Shown piece after piece: positions 37,816 through 52,500 of a stretch of DNA of 64,000 nt. Below the pieces are notes generated by a model that made no database searches, had not been told where the DNA came from, and saw only the letters and a list, made by a program, of their open reading frames with translations. The position numbers were made by a program, and so were the translations under genes. Source of the stretch: Lama guanicoe (lineage: Eukaryota); the NCBI GenBank assembly GCA_013239625.1, contig MU053513.1, positions 3,950,303-4,014,302 on the forward strand, read 5' to 3'. The stretch's first letter is position 1, and every line of letters begins with the position of its first letter.

Positions 37816-37969
37816 GGGGAGGGTTTAACTCAAGTGGTAGAGCGCATGCTTAGCATGTAGGAGGCCTGGATTCAATTCCCAGTACCTCCTCTAAAAAGGA
37901 ATAAACCTAATTACTCCCCCAATAAAACAATTAAATAATACAATAGTAAATAAATAAAATATTTTTAAA
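37816..37969 (+). mobile_element. Vic-1-like tRNA-derived SINE (camelid-type)
   Basis: ggggagggtttaactcaagtggtagagcgcatgcttagcatg...ggattcaattcccagtacctcc...aaacctaattac. TSD aaggata(g/t)acttt. Confidence 0.9.
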
Positions 37970-40900
37970 AAGGATATACTTTGAGTGACAGTCCTCATGA
38001 TTTAGGAGAACAATGGATCTAGGTGTTTTGTGAGAACCTCAGAAGCAGATACGAGCAGTCTTGATTGTGGACAGTTTGTTTGCCTTTGGACAAATCACTT
38101 AACCTGTTGGCCTCCACTTACTTATCTATTAAATGAATGTGTTAGATGAGATGAGGTATCTTTCTGTTCTAGCATTCTGTGATTCTATGCAGTGGGAGAC
38201 AGGAGGAGTTTTGGAGTCACAAAGAATTCAACTCCAGCTCTTTAATTTCCATGTCTACAAAATGGGACTCATATTAATGAGGTAACATATATAAAGCACC
38301 TTACAGGTTGGAAGTACTTTTCTTCCTTTTTTTCCTCTTCATGCTAATCAATAGTTCTTATATATTTCATTTCGGAATTAGTCGTATACTTCCCTTTACT
38401 GTCTTTTCTAAAGTTGAGAAACAAAATTGGAGTAGACTCCCAGCATCAGTACATTTTTATGTGTTTTATTTTTGTCATGTGATCTTACTTCTCTGAGGCT
38501 CTGTTTTCTCCTTTGTAAAATAAACATCGTAGTGTTTAGCTTATTGAGTTGTTACAAAGTGTGAATGAGACAATGCATGCTAAGGGCCTAGCAAAGGACT
38601 TGGCACGTAATAGGCTCTCAAAAGATTTGATTTTCTTCTCCTTTACTCCTTAAGTAAAACTTTATTGAATTGTAATCCTCTCTATAGATTTCATTCCAGG
38701 GAAAAAAATGGAGGCGAGGGACGTAATCTTTAGGCCAGAACTACTTTCTGTAATTATTGGATACCTGATCATGTGACGTTTATGTCTATATTCAGTAGTT
38801 ATTAAATTTTTAGGCAGAGTCAGTAAGTATCTTGTTAATACTTCATCGTACCCAGGGAAATTGACTTTCTCACTGGCAAGAGAAAATGGCTCTAAGAGCT
38901 GTGAAAGAACTTCCCTAAGCCTCACTGGCCTCCGTCAAAGCTTTGTGATATATGTTGTTTAATGCCAGTGAAAGTACAGTTTGTATTTTAATGGCAGTAA
39001 TGACCTTTCAAATAGGTAAAAAGGTCCTAGATGCTGTGTAAAAGAAAACACCACACACACCCTCTGCTTTTAACAACGCAGGAAGCCTGATTCTGGGGCC
39101 ATTACAATCAGTGAGCTACTCAGTCCTCTCTCAGGCTGCCCTTTTCAGTAGCATCCGATTTCCTAACTCTGAGACCTGAGGTTACCTTAAGTGAATTGCT
39201 GAAAAGAAGACAAAAAGTTCATTCTATAATATGCCTGGCATACTGAGGCCAGGTTAAGTGGGATTTCTAGCACCCTGGTGTTTCAGACTCCGGTTTTGTT
39301 CACAGGTGGCTGTAGTTCTGTCTGGCGAGGCCAAGAATGTCTTGAAATCTCGGCCAAAGTGCTTTCTTCACTCAGCCTTTAAAATCCAGGAACTGGGAGG
39401 TTCAAACAATATAAGTTTGATATTTTATCCCCTCAGGCTCTGGCTCTCATAGTAAGCCTATCTCTCCTTCTAATCTCTCTGCACCAGTTTCTCCTTCAGT
39501 TTTTTCTCTCCCTCAGTTCTGACTTCCCTTGGATTCGTTTTCCTAAAACAGCTCTTGAACAAAATCTCACTTCATCTTAAAACTTGTCACTCTCTGTTAA
39601 ACAAAGTGTAAACTCTGTAAAGAGGCAAAACCTGACCACAAGCTACCTGCCTGAATTCTTCTTACGTTATCATTGTTCATAAATCTGACATACTGGGCAC
39701 ATGTAATTTCTTGGGATCTTGCCAAATCCCTGTGGTACTGCCAGAAGCAAGGTATACGTCTCGTTCAACTTTGAGGTCCAGATACTTTCCCCTCATTTCT
39801 CCTTCCCTTGCACGTGGGAATCCTTATATTCGATGCTAAAAAGCATTTTGCTTTCATGTATCTTCAAGATACTCTGATATTCTGTGCTCATGAATCCCTT
39901 CCCCTAATTTTTTTTTTTTAAAGCAAAAGCCAGTCATAATTTTAGGATCTTTTTGTTTCTCCCTCAACACATATCTCTCCCTGCAGTAATGGGCTTGGAG
40001 GTGATTATCAACTTTCCAGAAAGTAAATTAGAGAGGAAAATGCAGGGAGAGAGGGAGTATATATATATAAGTATTCATCTCTAAAAAAAGTTATCAAGGT
40101 GCCCCCATTAATTACCTCATATAAACTTCAAAGCAAATCCTATGAAGTGAGTTTTATTAAAATACTTTAGAGATAAGAAAACTGAGGATATTAAGTAACT
40201 TTTCTAAATGTATGAAACTGTTTAAACTAGTGAAACCAGCATCTAAAAGCCGGCCTATCTGACTTCCTAGTGTAGGCTTTCACTGAAGGGCATTGATAGC
40301 CTCCCAGCATGAGGGTCCATTTGAGATCCTGCAAGGAATAGAAGTGTGATTCCAAAATTCTGTTTTTTGGAAGCTGAAGGTTAAAATTTCTAGCTTACTG
40401 CAAAGGGGAAGGGGATGGGAACTAGTATCAGCTGGCAGTGTTACTAATTCTAACTTGTGGGCGTGCACACTCATAAAATATTGAGGGATTGATAGCTCAG
40501 TGTGTGTGTTCTAAGGCTGGACCAGAGCAGCAGTGGGGCTTTAGAGAGAAATGTGGCTCGCGAGTACCATTCAAATGCAAAGTCAGGTGGAGCAGCAGAT
40601 CAAGAAAGTCCAAATCCCACTTGCAGCTTAAAGATGTAGGATTAACTTTAGGATGCTTGGTCTAATAGCTTGAAGGCGAGCACAGACTAAGTCAGGAACA
40701 TGCGTACAAGGCAGATGAGAAAGTCCTTATTCAGTTGAGGACAGTTTGGAAAAATTATACATTGACACAATAAGTAACAAGTGGTTGGATGATCCTTATA
40801 TGACTGTCAGTCAAAAAAAGTGATGAAGTAAAAGTTGAACCAGCTGGATGTATATTTTATCAACAATAGCTATGGATCATTGTTGCTTTTACTTTTTTAA

Positions 40901-41559
40901 ATAGAATATTATGGGCACTCATGGCCTTAACAAAATTAAAAGATATCATGGTGATATAGTGGACAGTGAGAAGGCTTTGGAGTCAGACAGACCCAGTTCG
41001 GATCCTAGTTCAGCACTGCATGTTTATGTAAAAAAGTTACATTAGAACACAGACACGTTCCACGTTCATTTGCATATTGCCTATTCCTGCTTTCAAGCTA
41101 CAATAGTATTGTTGAGTAGCTACAGTAGATATACTACATGGTCTCCCAAGCCTGAAATATTTACCATCTGGCCCTTTATAAGAAAACTTTGCTGATTTCT
41201 GGTTTAAAAGAGCAGTTATTTATTCTTGCTGAATGGTTGGTAGGTTGGCTGGAACGGTTCTGTTCCATGTGTGTTTACTCTAGGATGTAGCCTGAAGAGT
41301 ACAGGCAGGTAGAGGGAAGACTGTTCATGGTAATGAAAGTTCAAGGAGCAAACCTTTTCAGGACTAGGCTCAAAATTGGGCCACTGTTGCTTCTGCCCAC
41401 ATGCCACTGGCAAAGGAAGTCAAATGGCCAAGTCTAAAGTCAAGGGACAGGGAAGTGAATATGCTGTGCCTGTGATGAAGCAAGAGTACAGACGTAAGGA
41501 GAGACAGAGAATTGAGGTCAGTAAGTCAGTCTACGACAGAGTAACTGGTCATGTGATTT

Positions 41560-42460
41560 TCTGGGGACAGTAGCATATCAGGTCAAGTAAACAGCCAGTA
41601 CATAAACCCTCAGGCAGGAGTATTCCTGGTATAACCCTGGTGTATTTGAGAAAGGGCAAAACAATCATTAGGTCTACAATGCAGTGACTGAGGGAGAGAG
41701 TAGAAGGAGTTAAGGTTGGAGAAGTAATAGGGACCTGAAGTGGGACAGCATAGCCACTTGAGTGAGATGGGAAGTCAGTACAAAGTTATGAACAGAAGAA
41801 TGATACATCTTGACTTACATTTTTAAACAAATCGCTCTGACTCCTGTGTGGAGAATAGCCTTGAAGGGAAAAGAATGGAATCAAGCAAAACAGTTAGGAA
41901 GCTATTTCAATAGTACAGATGAGAGATAGTGGTGGTGGGTGGCAACTACGGGGGTGGTGAGAAAGGTTAGATTTTGTATATATTTTGATGTCAGAACCAA
42001 GAGGATTTCCTGACAGATTGGGTGAGAGGTGTGAGAAAAGGAGAGGAGTCATGGATGGCTTCAACATGTTTGATCTGAATTGTGGAAATGAGTAGTTACT
42101 GCTATCAAACAAGATGGAGAGACTGCAGGGTTGAGTAGTTTTGAGAAGAAGAAGTTTGGTGAGGGATATATTGAGTTTTTGATGCCTACTGGATACCCAA
42201 GTGGGCATATCAAATAGACAAGAAGACACACAAGACTGAAATTCAGGAGAACGTTTGGGAAACATTAATTTATGAATGATGTTTAAATCAGTAAGAGTGG
42301 GTTCATTCACTAAATGAGTCAGTGTAGATAGAGAATAGGTCTAAAGATTGAGTACAAGGGCACTCCAGCGTTAACAGGTGTAGAAGAAGAGGAGAAACAA
42401 GAAAATAAGACTGAGATGGAGCAGCCGATGAGATAGGGTGAAAACCATGGGTGATTATAT
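41560..42460 (-). mobile_element. L2 fragment
   Basis: L2 RT-like remnant FQSCVSSCLFDMPTWVSSRHQKLNISLTKLL in ORF 41894-42310. Confidence 0.75.
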
Positions 42461-45400
42461 AGGCATTTGGCAGAATTCAAACTGATGTCGCCTCAGTTTT
42501 CAGGCAGGACAGGTTGGCTTCTCCTTCAGCACCATCACCGACTAACTTCAGATGTGCCTTGATTGTACTGTCAGCACAAACTGGAGTTGAAGCATTGACT
42601 TTCAATAGTGATAGGAAATTTTAGTATCATGCTGTCGCAGCCACTTAAAAATCCATGGGCTGGTGGGGGTTGAAGAGATAGATGACTTTGAATGTTAGCA
42701 TTTCCTGATGAATCTCAATTTCAAAGCTCATTGCTTTTGTTTTCCTGGTGACTGTGTCAGAATAAGCCTAATCATAAATCTTATATAAACACCAAATTCC
42801 TACAGCTCAATTATTTTTTTCCAAGGTTTAAACCCTCAGAATAATTTCAAACTTCTTAGGATGATATAGAGAAATACGTGATCTGGGTCCTGATTTTCTC
42901 TTTACCGTCGTCTCTCATCCCTGCTCCTCTCACTCTCCTTGTTTTGGCCAAGTTGACATACTGTGCTTTCAGTTCCCCGAGTGGGACAAGCTCTCTCTTG
43001 CCTCCAGGTCTTTGCATGTGACCTTCCCTTGAAATATTTTCTCTACCCATTGTCTGGTTAGCTGCTTGTTCATTTTGAGTTTAAATGTTAACCTCATTTC
43101 CTTTATACTTGTCCATTTATCCGTCTAGATCAGGGGGTGGCTTTTTTTTTCTGTAAAGGGACAGGTAATGAATAGTTTAGGCTTTGTGGGCCAAATATTC
43201 TCTGTTATAACTACTTGACTCTGTTATTGTAACACAGTCACAGCAAAGCTGTCATGGACAACACATAATCAAATAATTGTATTCTAATAAAACTTTATTT
43301 ATGAAAAACAGTCAGTGGATTGGATTTGGTGTGGGGGTAGGAAATCTGTTTTTGCTGATTGTTATGTCCCCAGCACGTAGCACTGTCCCTAAAACACAGT
43401 AAGAACTCTACAAATATTTGTTTAAAAAATGAAGGGCAATCTGGTAAACCTTGCCAAGAAAATGGTGTTACTGTGATCATGAAAAAGTTGTGCAATTGAA
43501 GTTACTTTATGTGTATTCTTCCAAAGTAGCCCACACTCCTTAAAATCTTTTCTTGTTTGCTTCTGTCTAAAATCGACATTCATCCTAATGTTCTGACTCA
43601 GTTTTCCTGACTTAGTCTGTATGGTGAGGCAGTTATCACGCAGACACCTGGAGAGCTGCTGTTTAATCTGTGCGTTTCTAGCACAGATTTGACTGGGAGT
43701 CCCAGGTTCTGCTTTCTCTTTACATGCAGTGGAGATGGAGCTGCCCCTGAGACTGAGTCTGTGTGTTGTGGTTCTTGGGAGTTTGCTATGCATTGCCCAT
43801 TCCTGTCTCTCTGCAGTGCATGGAATTTGGGTAAGTGGTGATTCATTTGCAGAGATATCATTTATTTAGATTCATTTAATGGAGTTTCATGTGGTTTCTC
43901 GGCCATGGTTTACTTCCCCAAATTATGAACGGGAAATCAGGAGGTTTACGGGAATTTTGGCTTGTACCTTTGCCAGGTAATGAGTAAAACATGGTGTTGA
44001 GGATGAGAAGCTATGTTTGTGGTGGTCACATCTTTTAACCAGACATTGTCAGGATGATGAGCCAGATTTGGTCAGATGAGCAAGTTAATCCCTGGGAAGC
44101 CTCACTACTTCTGGATTATTTAAAAGAAAAGGAAAATAATAGAAAAGATGCTTGTATTTTTAAAGTGACCCTGCAAAAGCATAATTATTTCCACTTTTTC
44201 CCAGATTTAACTGTACTTTATTAGTGCCAGGGTGGGGGTGGTTAGTTGGTTTGAACCAAACCCAGAAGAGAAGGGTCTTTAAGACTCCAACCCTTAACCA
44301 GCTACATGGGCCAGACGCAGGGAAAGATGGGCATAGCCTGCCCCTGCTGCAAGATCTGACTCCGGGCTTGTGGGCATGTGCAGAACTTGTCACTTACACT
44401 ACTCTGAATACCGCCTCAGGTCAAGGTGGTTTTCAGCTACGTGTGAATTGTAATAAAAGCCTTTCACACTTTAAAGTTAAATGCAGACTAAAGAGAAAGA
44501 AAGGGAGTTAATGAGAAGTTGGAACAGGAGAGTGAGGATTAGAAAAGAGGCCATAAACAGGACTAAAAATTTTTTAAGTCCCTTTATATTTATAAAGTGT
44601 TTTATAGAGTAGAATAAATTCCTAAATAACGTTTACACTTGATTCCTTCAACAGCCCTCTGAACTGGGCAGGGCTAAGTATTCCCTTTTTGCATATAAAG
44701 AAACTGACCTTCAGAGAGATTCAGTGACTTGGTCACACCCAGTAGAGATCCTTCTGGTGAGTGAGGGTAAGGGCCATGCTTATTTTCATCGCCAATCACT
44801 TGTTCGATTCACCGCTTTCTCCCACAGTTGTTTTTGTTTGTTTGTTTATTTGTTTGTTTTTTTTCAAATTCTAAGCCTTGAGGTTTCGGGGTTCAAGGAC
44901 TGAGTTTCTGCTGGCTAACATCTTTCCTTTACCCTCGGAGCTTGGTTTGGTTGTTTCTTCCATTGTTTCCCATCCCTCTCACCGTCCAGTGTATCAGCCA
45001 AGGGAGAGGCGAACTTGGGGGGACAGAGACATGATGAAATGGTGGTCAGCTGTGAGGAGAGTTCTGCTTATTAAGTTTAAGCAGAATTAAAGAGGAAGTT
45101 TTAAATGAAAGGAAGGCTAGCAGTTGCTGAAAGAATGTTCATTCGCCAGAGAGATGTTACTTTTTTTTTCTCTCTCTTTCTCATTAATACAGTGATTGAA
45201 ATTATTCAATGCAGTAGTCATCTAATAAAGAGCACAAAGCACACATCTGTTTTACAGTGGTCAATTCATAAATGAACGTTTTAATGGGCAGGAGCAGTTG
45301 TAGTTTCCATTTAAATTAAAATGCTACAGACGGTTTTCTTTTAGGCGGGGCCTTTGAGCCATATGAATAGTTTTGTTTTTTGTTTTTTTCATGTAGAAGG

Positions 45401-47376
45401 TATATTTGTTTCTTTCATGCTCTCAGATGGACAAATTCTGACATGGAGATATTATCTGCCTTACTTGACGTAGCCTGATGCTATCATCACGTATTAACAT
45501 CGTATCTGATCATGTATGTTTTAGAAATTTAGAAGAATTTGAAATTTGTGCCCATCTTCTTCACGAGCAGATTCTCACTTACCCTACTGGAAACTACCAC
45601 CTTGCATTTATGTAAACAATGATTTAACCGTGCAAAATGTTTTAGGTATGAATCCCAGATTCCCCTGTCTGTGTTAGGGAAGGTGCCCCAGAGCTCACTT
45701 CAGCCAGACCCAGTTAAACTTACACACATGGAAATTCTGTTCTTTGTTTGCATAATACCTTTGTACTCACGTTTTCTGTTCTGTTTTAACACATGGAGTT
45801 AGTTCTTCAGACTTCGTATCAATCACTGAATGAGGAATTCTTTCATCTAGTGGCAGATATTTAAACATTTGTCCACACATTTTTTCATGCTGTTTCTCAG
45901 TTTCAAAAGAAACTCTAATCCTATAGATGACTGGCCTTGGTAATTGTTATTGTCATTGTTATCATCATCCTCATTACTTTCTGCCAGTTTTCAGGTCACT
46001 CCTGGTTCACTATCAGAAAAGGAATCAGACTACAGGAAGTTAAAAGTTAAGTAAAATTTGAAAACACAGATTAAAATAATTTGGTGTGTTCACATGGAAG
46101 AGCAGAAAAAAAAAAAAGAAAGCTATAGTTGGGTCCAAGAATAATAATCAGTTTATAGAATGACAGAATCCTGAACCAAGTTGTAAAATAGTCAGGTGGC
46201 TGCTCAGTTCACCTATTCTTTGGCCCCTGTCATCACCTCCACAACATCACCACTATTTCTTCCTCTCATAAGCCAGTGGCTATGGATGTGGGTATTGAAA
46301 GGGCACATGGACTAGAAGCCAAGAAACCTGGATTCAAGATCGGTCTCTGCTGCTTGGGTAAGTCACTTAAAGTGTCTGAGTTTGTTTTTCCAGCTGTAAA
46401 ATGGGATCAGTGACATCTGGCTGCCTCCTCTAGGTGGCAGTAAATATAAGAGAAGTAAATATTAGAGTGTGGAAGCAGTTTTTAAATTCTATACTTTCAC
46501 ACCTACATACGAAATTTTTGCAGTGAACATTATTTCTATACTCAGTTACATGAGAAATTTTAATAACTTATTTTATGCTCACACAAATTTTTTAAAATAG
46601 GTACTTTACCTGTAAGGAAGTGGACTTGGGGACTGAGGCTGCTGTTTCTCAGCAGAAATTTTTAGATTGTATATATTGCTAAGCAAGTGCTGACAGAACC
46701 TGCCTGACTTAAAAAAAAACAAAAACAGAAAAGAATGGAGGCAGATGTGCAAAGTGGAGAAAGTGGAGGAGCTGAGAAACCATGGGGTTCCAGACAGTTC
46801 TTGACAAAGTGTCAGCTGAATTTCTTGCCCTGGGGTTTTGGGAATATCCTTGATTCTTTATAATAAATCTCTCTTTACAAAAGGCCAGCTCAACTGTGGT
46901 TTAGTTTTTTGTTTGTTTATTTGTTTGCTTGTTTGTTTGTTTGTTTTGAGTCAACTCCACGGGAACTGACCTTGAGGGAAAATAATGTTGGTCGGAGAGA
47001 ATAGCAGCCAGAAACGAAAGCCACCGGCTGTTGTTGCAGGAGCCGGTTCACATTGCTCTGGAACTGACCCTGAACACTCCTGATGAATGTTCTCACCAGT
47101 TGTATTGTCTTTGGTGGCGTCTGAATAGGCTAGTAGAATGTCACAATTGATCACTGATGATTTTCATATTTACTTTAAAAAGTATTTTGTACTAAAAGTG
47201 AGGATCCTCCACCTAGGAAATCTCAAATAATTTTTAAGACATGTTTCAATCTCTGCTGGAACCTTCTGAACTAAATAATGTCACCAGTGGCATAGAATAC
47301 TGGAAAGAACGTGGACTAGGGTCAGAAAACCTCTAATTTTTGCCTTAGTGCCACATGTGTGATGTTATATATGATA

Positions 47377-47994
47377 TGAAGTAGGACCCTGCAGGACTCC
47401 CCCAACCCCTGCCTCTTGTTTATAGCCCCATGTTACTGAGGCTGTTGCCCCCAAGATCATACCCCTGCCCTTCTCTCAAATAGAAACCAATTACTCTTAC
47501 CTAAATCTCAGGAGGCAGGTGCAAAGAGAGGAAACAACTAGTTAGTACCAATTAAGCCCAAGATGGTGGAGGATTTGACTTCTAGTGGACCTTGAGCCTC
47601 ATTCTACACTCATTGTAATGTATTATCATGCTAAGTGACGCACCCACCAGTGCAGTGACAATTGACAGTTGCCATAACAACAACTGGGAAAGCCCATACA
47701 AGGACTGATTGGCTCCATCACACCTGGAAGGAGGGCATGATGGCAGAAGCCTCCTGTAAAAGTTCACATGGCCTGACCTGGGCTGTAGCTGTTTCGACTG
47801 GCCATCTTGGCTGTTGTCTTCCCACTCGAGTGCTTTTTCCCCAGCTCAGGCATTTTCTTTGCTTTTCCTCTTCTGAGCAATAAAGCAGCTTTTCACTTTG
47901 TCCCTCTGCCTCTGCTGTGAATTCTTTCATAGCCATCGGCAAGGACTCACACTTTGGTGGGCCTCCTAATTTAGGGGTCTTTCTATCTCTAACA
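47377..47994 (+). mobile_element. ERV1-class solo LTR
   Basis: TG...CA termini, aataaa at about 47879, 4-bp TSD gata at 47373-47376 and 47995-47998. Confidence 0.85.
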
Positions 47995-48366
47995 GATATG
48001 CTGCTTCATTTATCAGGACCTCTATAATATGTGGATTTGGAATGGAGGATTTTGCATGCCCTTGCAGCTCTGATAATCTCATTTTTCTGCTAATGATGGT
48101 GCTCCACAGGTGCCATCGTAGGTGGTTGACATAGAATAGAAGTTTTTGCAGAATGCCTAAATGATAATTAATTGTGTAGGTGAAAATGCTAACTAGTAGA
48201 ATCAGAGTGGCAAATAGCAAAGACTTAAACACAACCAGAAATTAAAATACATTGAAAGATTAAGAAAACTGAGTCCTTAAATCAGCAACTATGGGTCAGA
48301 CTACTGGTTAAGACAGTTAAATTTTGGTCTGTCAGGTGCTACTTAACTAAAAAAAAAATAGATGAT

Positions 48367-48464
48367 ATGAAAACAAGTACATGCATGTATGACTGAAACA
48401 TTACGCTGTACACCAGAAACTGATACATTGTAAATTGACTATACTTCAGTGAAAAAAAAAAAAA
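48367..48464 (+). mobile_element. L1 3' tip
   Basis: gctgtacaccagaaactgatacattgtaaattgactatacttca followed by poly(A). Confidence 0.75.
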
Positions 48465-49289
48465 GATGGATAGATTTTCACTAAATTTGGAAGATATATT
48501 TGGGACAGTTTTATATAATAAAAATGTGTTTCAACAGTTTCAATTTTTGCTCAGAATATCTATTGGGACATCTTTTCTTTTTATGCCATTACCCCGTTCC
48601 ATGTGGCAAAGATCCCACTGTCTGTTCTGAGGGGTGGCCATTAAAGAAAGGAAATAGCCACATGAAGCACACTGGATAAGACTCAGCAAAGGCTGTGGAT
48701 GGGCCAGCATCCTGTTGAATGATAGTATACCAGTAACACACCAGGGGCTTTCACATAAGTCCCTTACCCTACAGAAAAGAATGGGTAATATAAATCACAA
48801 ATAGTGATTTATGGTCTGTAGATACCGGCACAGATTTTGTGAGTCTCCTTGGCACTAGTCTTAGACCGTAATAAGAGCTTCCGAAAGCTCACTCCTGCCT
48901 TCTCTGTGTGTTTTGTCCTTGTTATGTTTTATCATGTCTGGCCTCCTGGCCAAGGGAATATCTCATCTCTGTTTTCCTAATCTCCTCAACTCCAGTGATT
49001 ACCATCTATTCCCCCGAGGATTAAGGGTGAGAGTAGGGTCAGGAGGATGAAAAGAGTATGGGTGGGGTTGTCTGGCTCTTTTTCTATTCTATTTCTGGTA
49101 TTGTGGCATAAACTCTTTGCATTCTTCTCTTAAGATTTCCATTTCAATTCTCAAGAATCCATTTTGGCAGTCTAAAAATATTGTCAGATTCTTTTTTCTT
49201 CGCATCTCATCTATATAACTTGACTGACAACAGGAAAGTTCATATAAAAGGAAGTCTGGAAAGGAAAAGAAGAGAGAGTAATATTTTAA

Positions 49290-49522
49290 GTTAGAGGTTG
49301 GCAAATTATAGCCAGAATACCAGCCACCTATTTTTGTAAATAAAGTTTTACTGGGACTCAGCCACATTCACTCCTTTATGGCTGCCTTTGAACTGCACTG
49401 GCAGAGTTAAGCATTTGTGACAGAAACTGGATGACCAACAATGTCTAAAATAATAATGTTATAGTAATTATATATTAATAGTGTACTATCCAGCCCTTCA
49501 AGAGAAATTTTGTTAACCCCTG
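49290..49522. mobile_element. MER58-like hAT-Charlie element (similar copies at about 41020-41200, 43130-43320 and 54405-54642)
   Basis: gaggttggcaaattatagcc...tttgtaaataaagttttactgg...aacccctg. Confidence 0.7.
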
Positions 49523-49569
49523 TTTTAAGATATTATTTTGCAAAAATTTGACTTAAAATATAGCTTAAT

Positions 49570-52500
49570 GTTCTTCTTTCTGGCCAAGAGAGACTGACAG
49601 GGGCCAGATTTACCCTTTCATCAGAAATAACCAGAGCAAATGAGGCAAAGTATATGAAACAACAGGTGTCAGTATTCTGGGTATCAGGCAGTTGACTGTG
49701 ATCCCTCAGAGACAAGAAACAAATGAGGGCCCTATGATTACCCCATATTACTGTCCTGAGAGAATTTTCAGAATGTGTTGGAGAAAGGGCAGATCCAAAG
49801 GGCTCCCTGAGTTAGGAGATGGAGCGAAGAATCTGTTACTTGCCTGGTAATACATGAATCAAAAACAAACAGGATCAGAGGAAAATATAAATAATTCAAC
49901 AATAATAGTTGAAGACTTCAATATTTTACTTTCAACAGCAGATAGAACAAGTAGGCAGAAGATCATTGAGAAACAGAAGACTTGAACGACAATATGAGCC
50001 AACTAGACCAAAATGACATCTATAAAACACTTCACTTCCAATGGCAGAATATGCAGTCTACTTGTGGGCATGTGGAATACTCTCCAGGACAGATATCTGC
50101 TAGGCCTTAAAACAAACCTCCATAAACTTAAAAGGATGAAAATCACAGAGTGTTATCTGAGTACAGTGAAATAAAAGTAGAAATCAGTAACAGAAAAGAA
50201 TCTGTGAATTTGTTAATATGTGGAAATTAAACTTTCCTAAATAATTAATGATTAAAAGAAAAAGTCATAAGGGAAATTAGAAAATTCTCTGACGTGAATG
50301 AAAATAAATACACAACATACCAAAACTTGTGTGATGCAGGTAAGGTAGTACTTAGAAGAGGATTTATACCTGTCAATGCTTATGTTACAAAAATAAGATC
50401 TCAAATCAATAACCTAACTTTCTATCTTAAGATACTGGAAAAAGAAGAGCAAATTAAACCCAAAGGAAGCAAAGGGTGAACATCATAATGATTAGGGCAT
50501 AAATCAATGAAATAGAGAAAAGAAAAACAATAGAAAAAATTCATGAAACCAAAATTCAGTTCTTTGAAAAGATGGGCAAAGTTGACAGACGTTTAGCTAG
50601 ACTGAGAAAAAAAGAGAGAAGACTGCATTGCTAAAATCCGAAATGATTGAGGGACCATTACTACAAACCTTATAGAAATAAAGTGAGTTACAAAGGAATG
50701 CCATGCACAACTCCACCTTAACAAGTTGGATAACCTACATGAAGTGGACAAATTCCTGGAAATTCTATCTACAGGATAAACCTAAGAAGAAAAGGAAATC
50801 TAAGTAGACCTATAACGGGAGATTGCATTTATAATGTAAAAACTACCCGCAAAGAAAATCCTAGGCCCAAATGACTTCACTGGTAACATTTAAAAATAAT
50901 TAGCACCAATTTTTCATAAACTCTTCTAACAAATAGAATAGGCAGGAACATTTCCCAACTCATTCTGCGAAGCAACGTGTTGCCTAAAAAATGCACATTA
51001 AATATAAAGACACAAATAGTTTAAACGAAAAGGGGGCAAAGATATATCATGCTAACACTAGTCAAAAGAAAGCCAGGATGGCTGTAATAATGTCAAGGCA
51101 GATTTCAGAGTAATAGCTATTACCAGGGATAAGGAAGCCCAGGTCGTAATGATAAAGAGGCCAGGTAATCTCGAAGACATAGTCAACTAGGTTTATACTC
51201 TTAATAAGAGAGCTGTGACATACATGGAGCAAAGTGACAGAACTGCAAGAATAAACAAGCAGGGAATTCCTCAGTTAGACTCAATCAGGGATAGAACACA
51301 GGTAGAAAACCTACAAGAATATTATAGATTTGAACAGCACTGTCAACTAAATGTAACTCGATTGACATTTTTCAAAGACTCTGTCAAACTGCAGGATACA
51401 CATTGTTTTCAAGTGCACACAGGGTATGTACCAGTATACACCATATTTGGGTCCCAAAGCAAATCTCCATAAATGTAAACAATTCACTTCATACAAAGCA
51501 CGTTTTCTTACCCCAGTGGAATTAAATTAGAAATCAATAACAGAAAAATCCCAATCAAAACCCCAGCAGATTTTTTGTGTGTGTTTTTGTAGAGTTGGCA
51601 AACTGATTCAAAACTTCATTTGGAAATACAAAGGACATAGAATAGACAGAATAATTTTGATAAAAAAAGGGTTGGAGTTTAACATTATCTAATTTAAGAA
51701 TTATTACAGTACTTCAATAAAACAGCATTGTATTGGATAAATTTAGACAAATAGAGCAATAGAACAGAATAGGAATTTCAAAAATAAACCCACATTTATT
51801 GGACAAGTGATTTTTCACAAAGGTGCAAACCAATAGAGTATAGAAAGAATAGACTTTTCAACAAATAGTAGTGAAACAATTGGAGGTGTGTGTATGTGTG
51901 TAAAAGAACTTGGTTATGTATCTCACATTATATACAGAATTAACCCAAAATGGACCATAGGCTTCAGTGTAAAACTTTAAAATTTCTAGGAGAAAATATA
52001 GGAAAAATACTTCATGATCTTAATTTAGTCAGATTTCTTAGATATAACACCAATAACACAATCTATTAAAAGAACAAACTGGTAGTTTGGTCTTAATTTT
52101 TGATTGTCAAAAAGAACAGAAAAAATCAGTCAAAGACTAGGAGACAATATTTGTCTAATAAATCATTTATCTAATAAAGGACTTATATTCAGAATATATA
52201 AAGAACTCTTACAACTCAACAGTAAGAAAGCAAACAGCAAAATTAACAAATGGACAAAAGACTTGAACAGACACTTCACCAAAAAGATATTCAGGTGGCA
52301 AACACTGAAAATGCTTAACATTATTAGTCACTGGGGAAATGCAAATTAAAACTGCAGTGGGATATCATTACACACCGGTTTAAATTTCTAAGATTAAAAA
52401 AAGACTGCCCATACCGATAGTGGTAAGGGGATGGAACAACTGGAATTCTCATACACTGCTGGTGGGAATGCAAAACTGCTATGGCAGACAGTTTGACAGT

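Noticed and set aside
37816..37890. tRNA-Ala-like gene
   Set aside because: It has a SINE 3' extension, an A-rich tail, TSDs and a second diverged copy at 30.3 kb, so it is a SINE rather than a tRNA.
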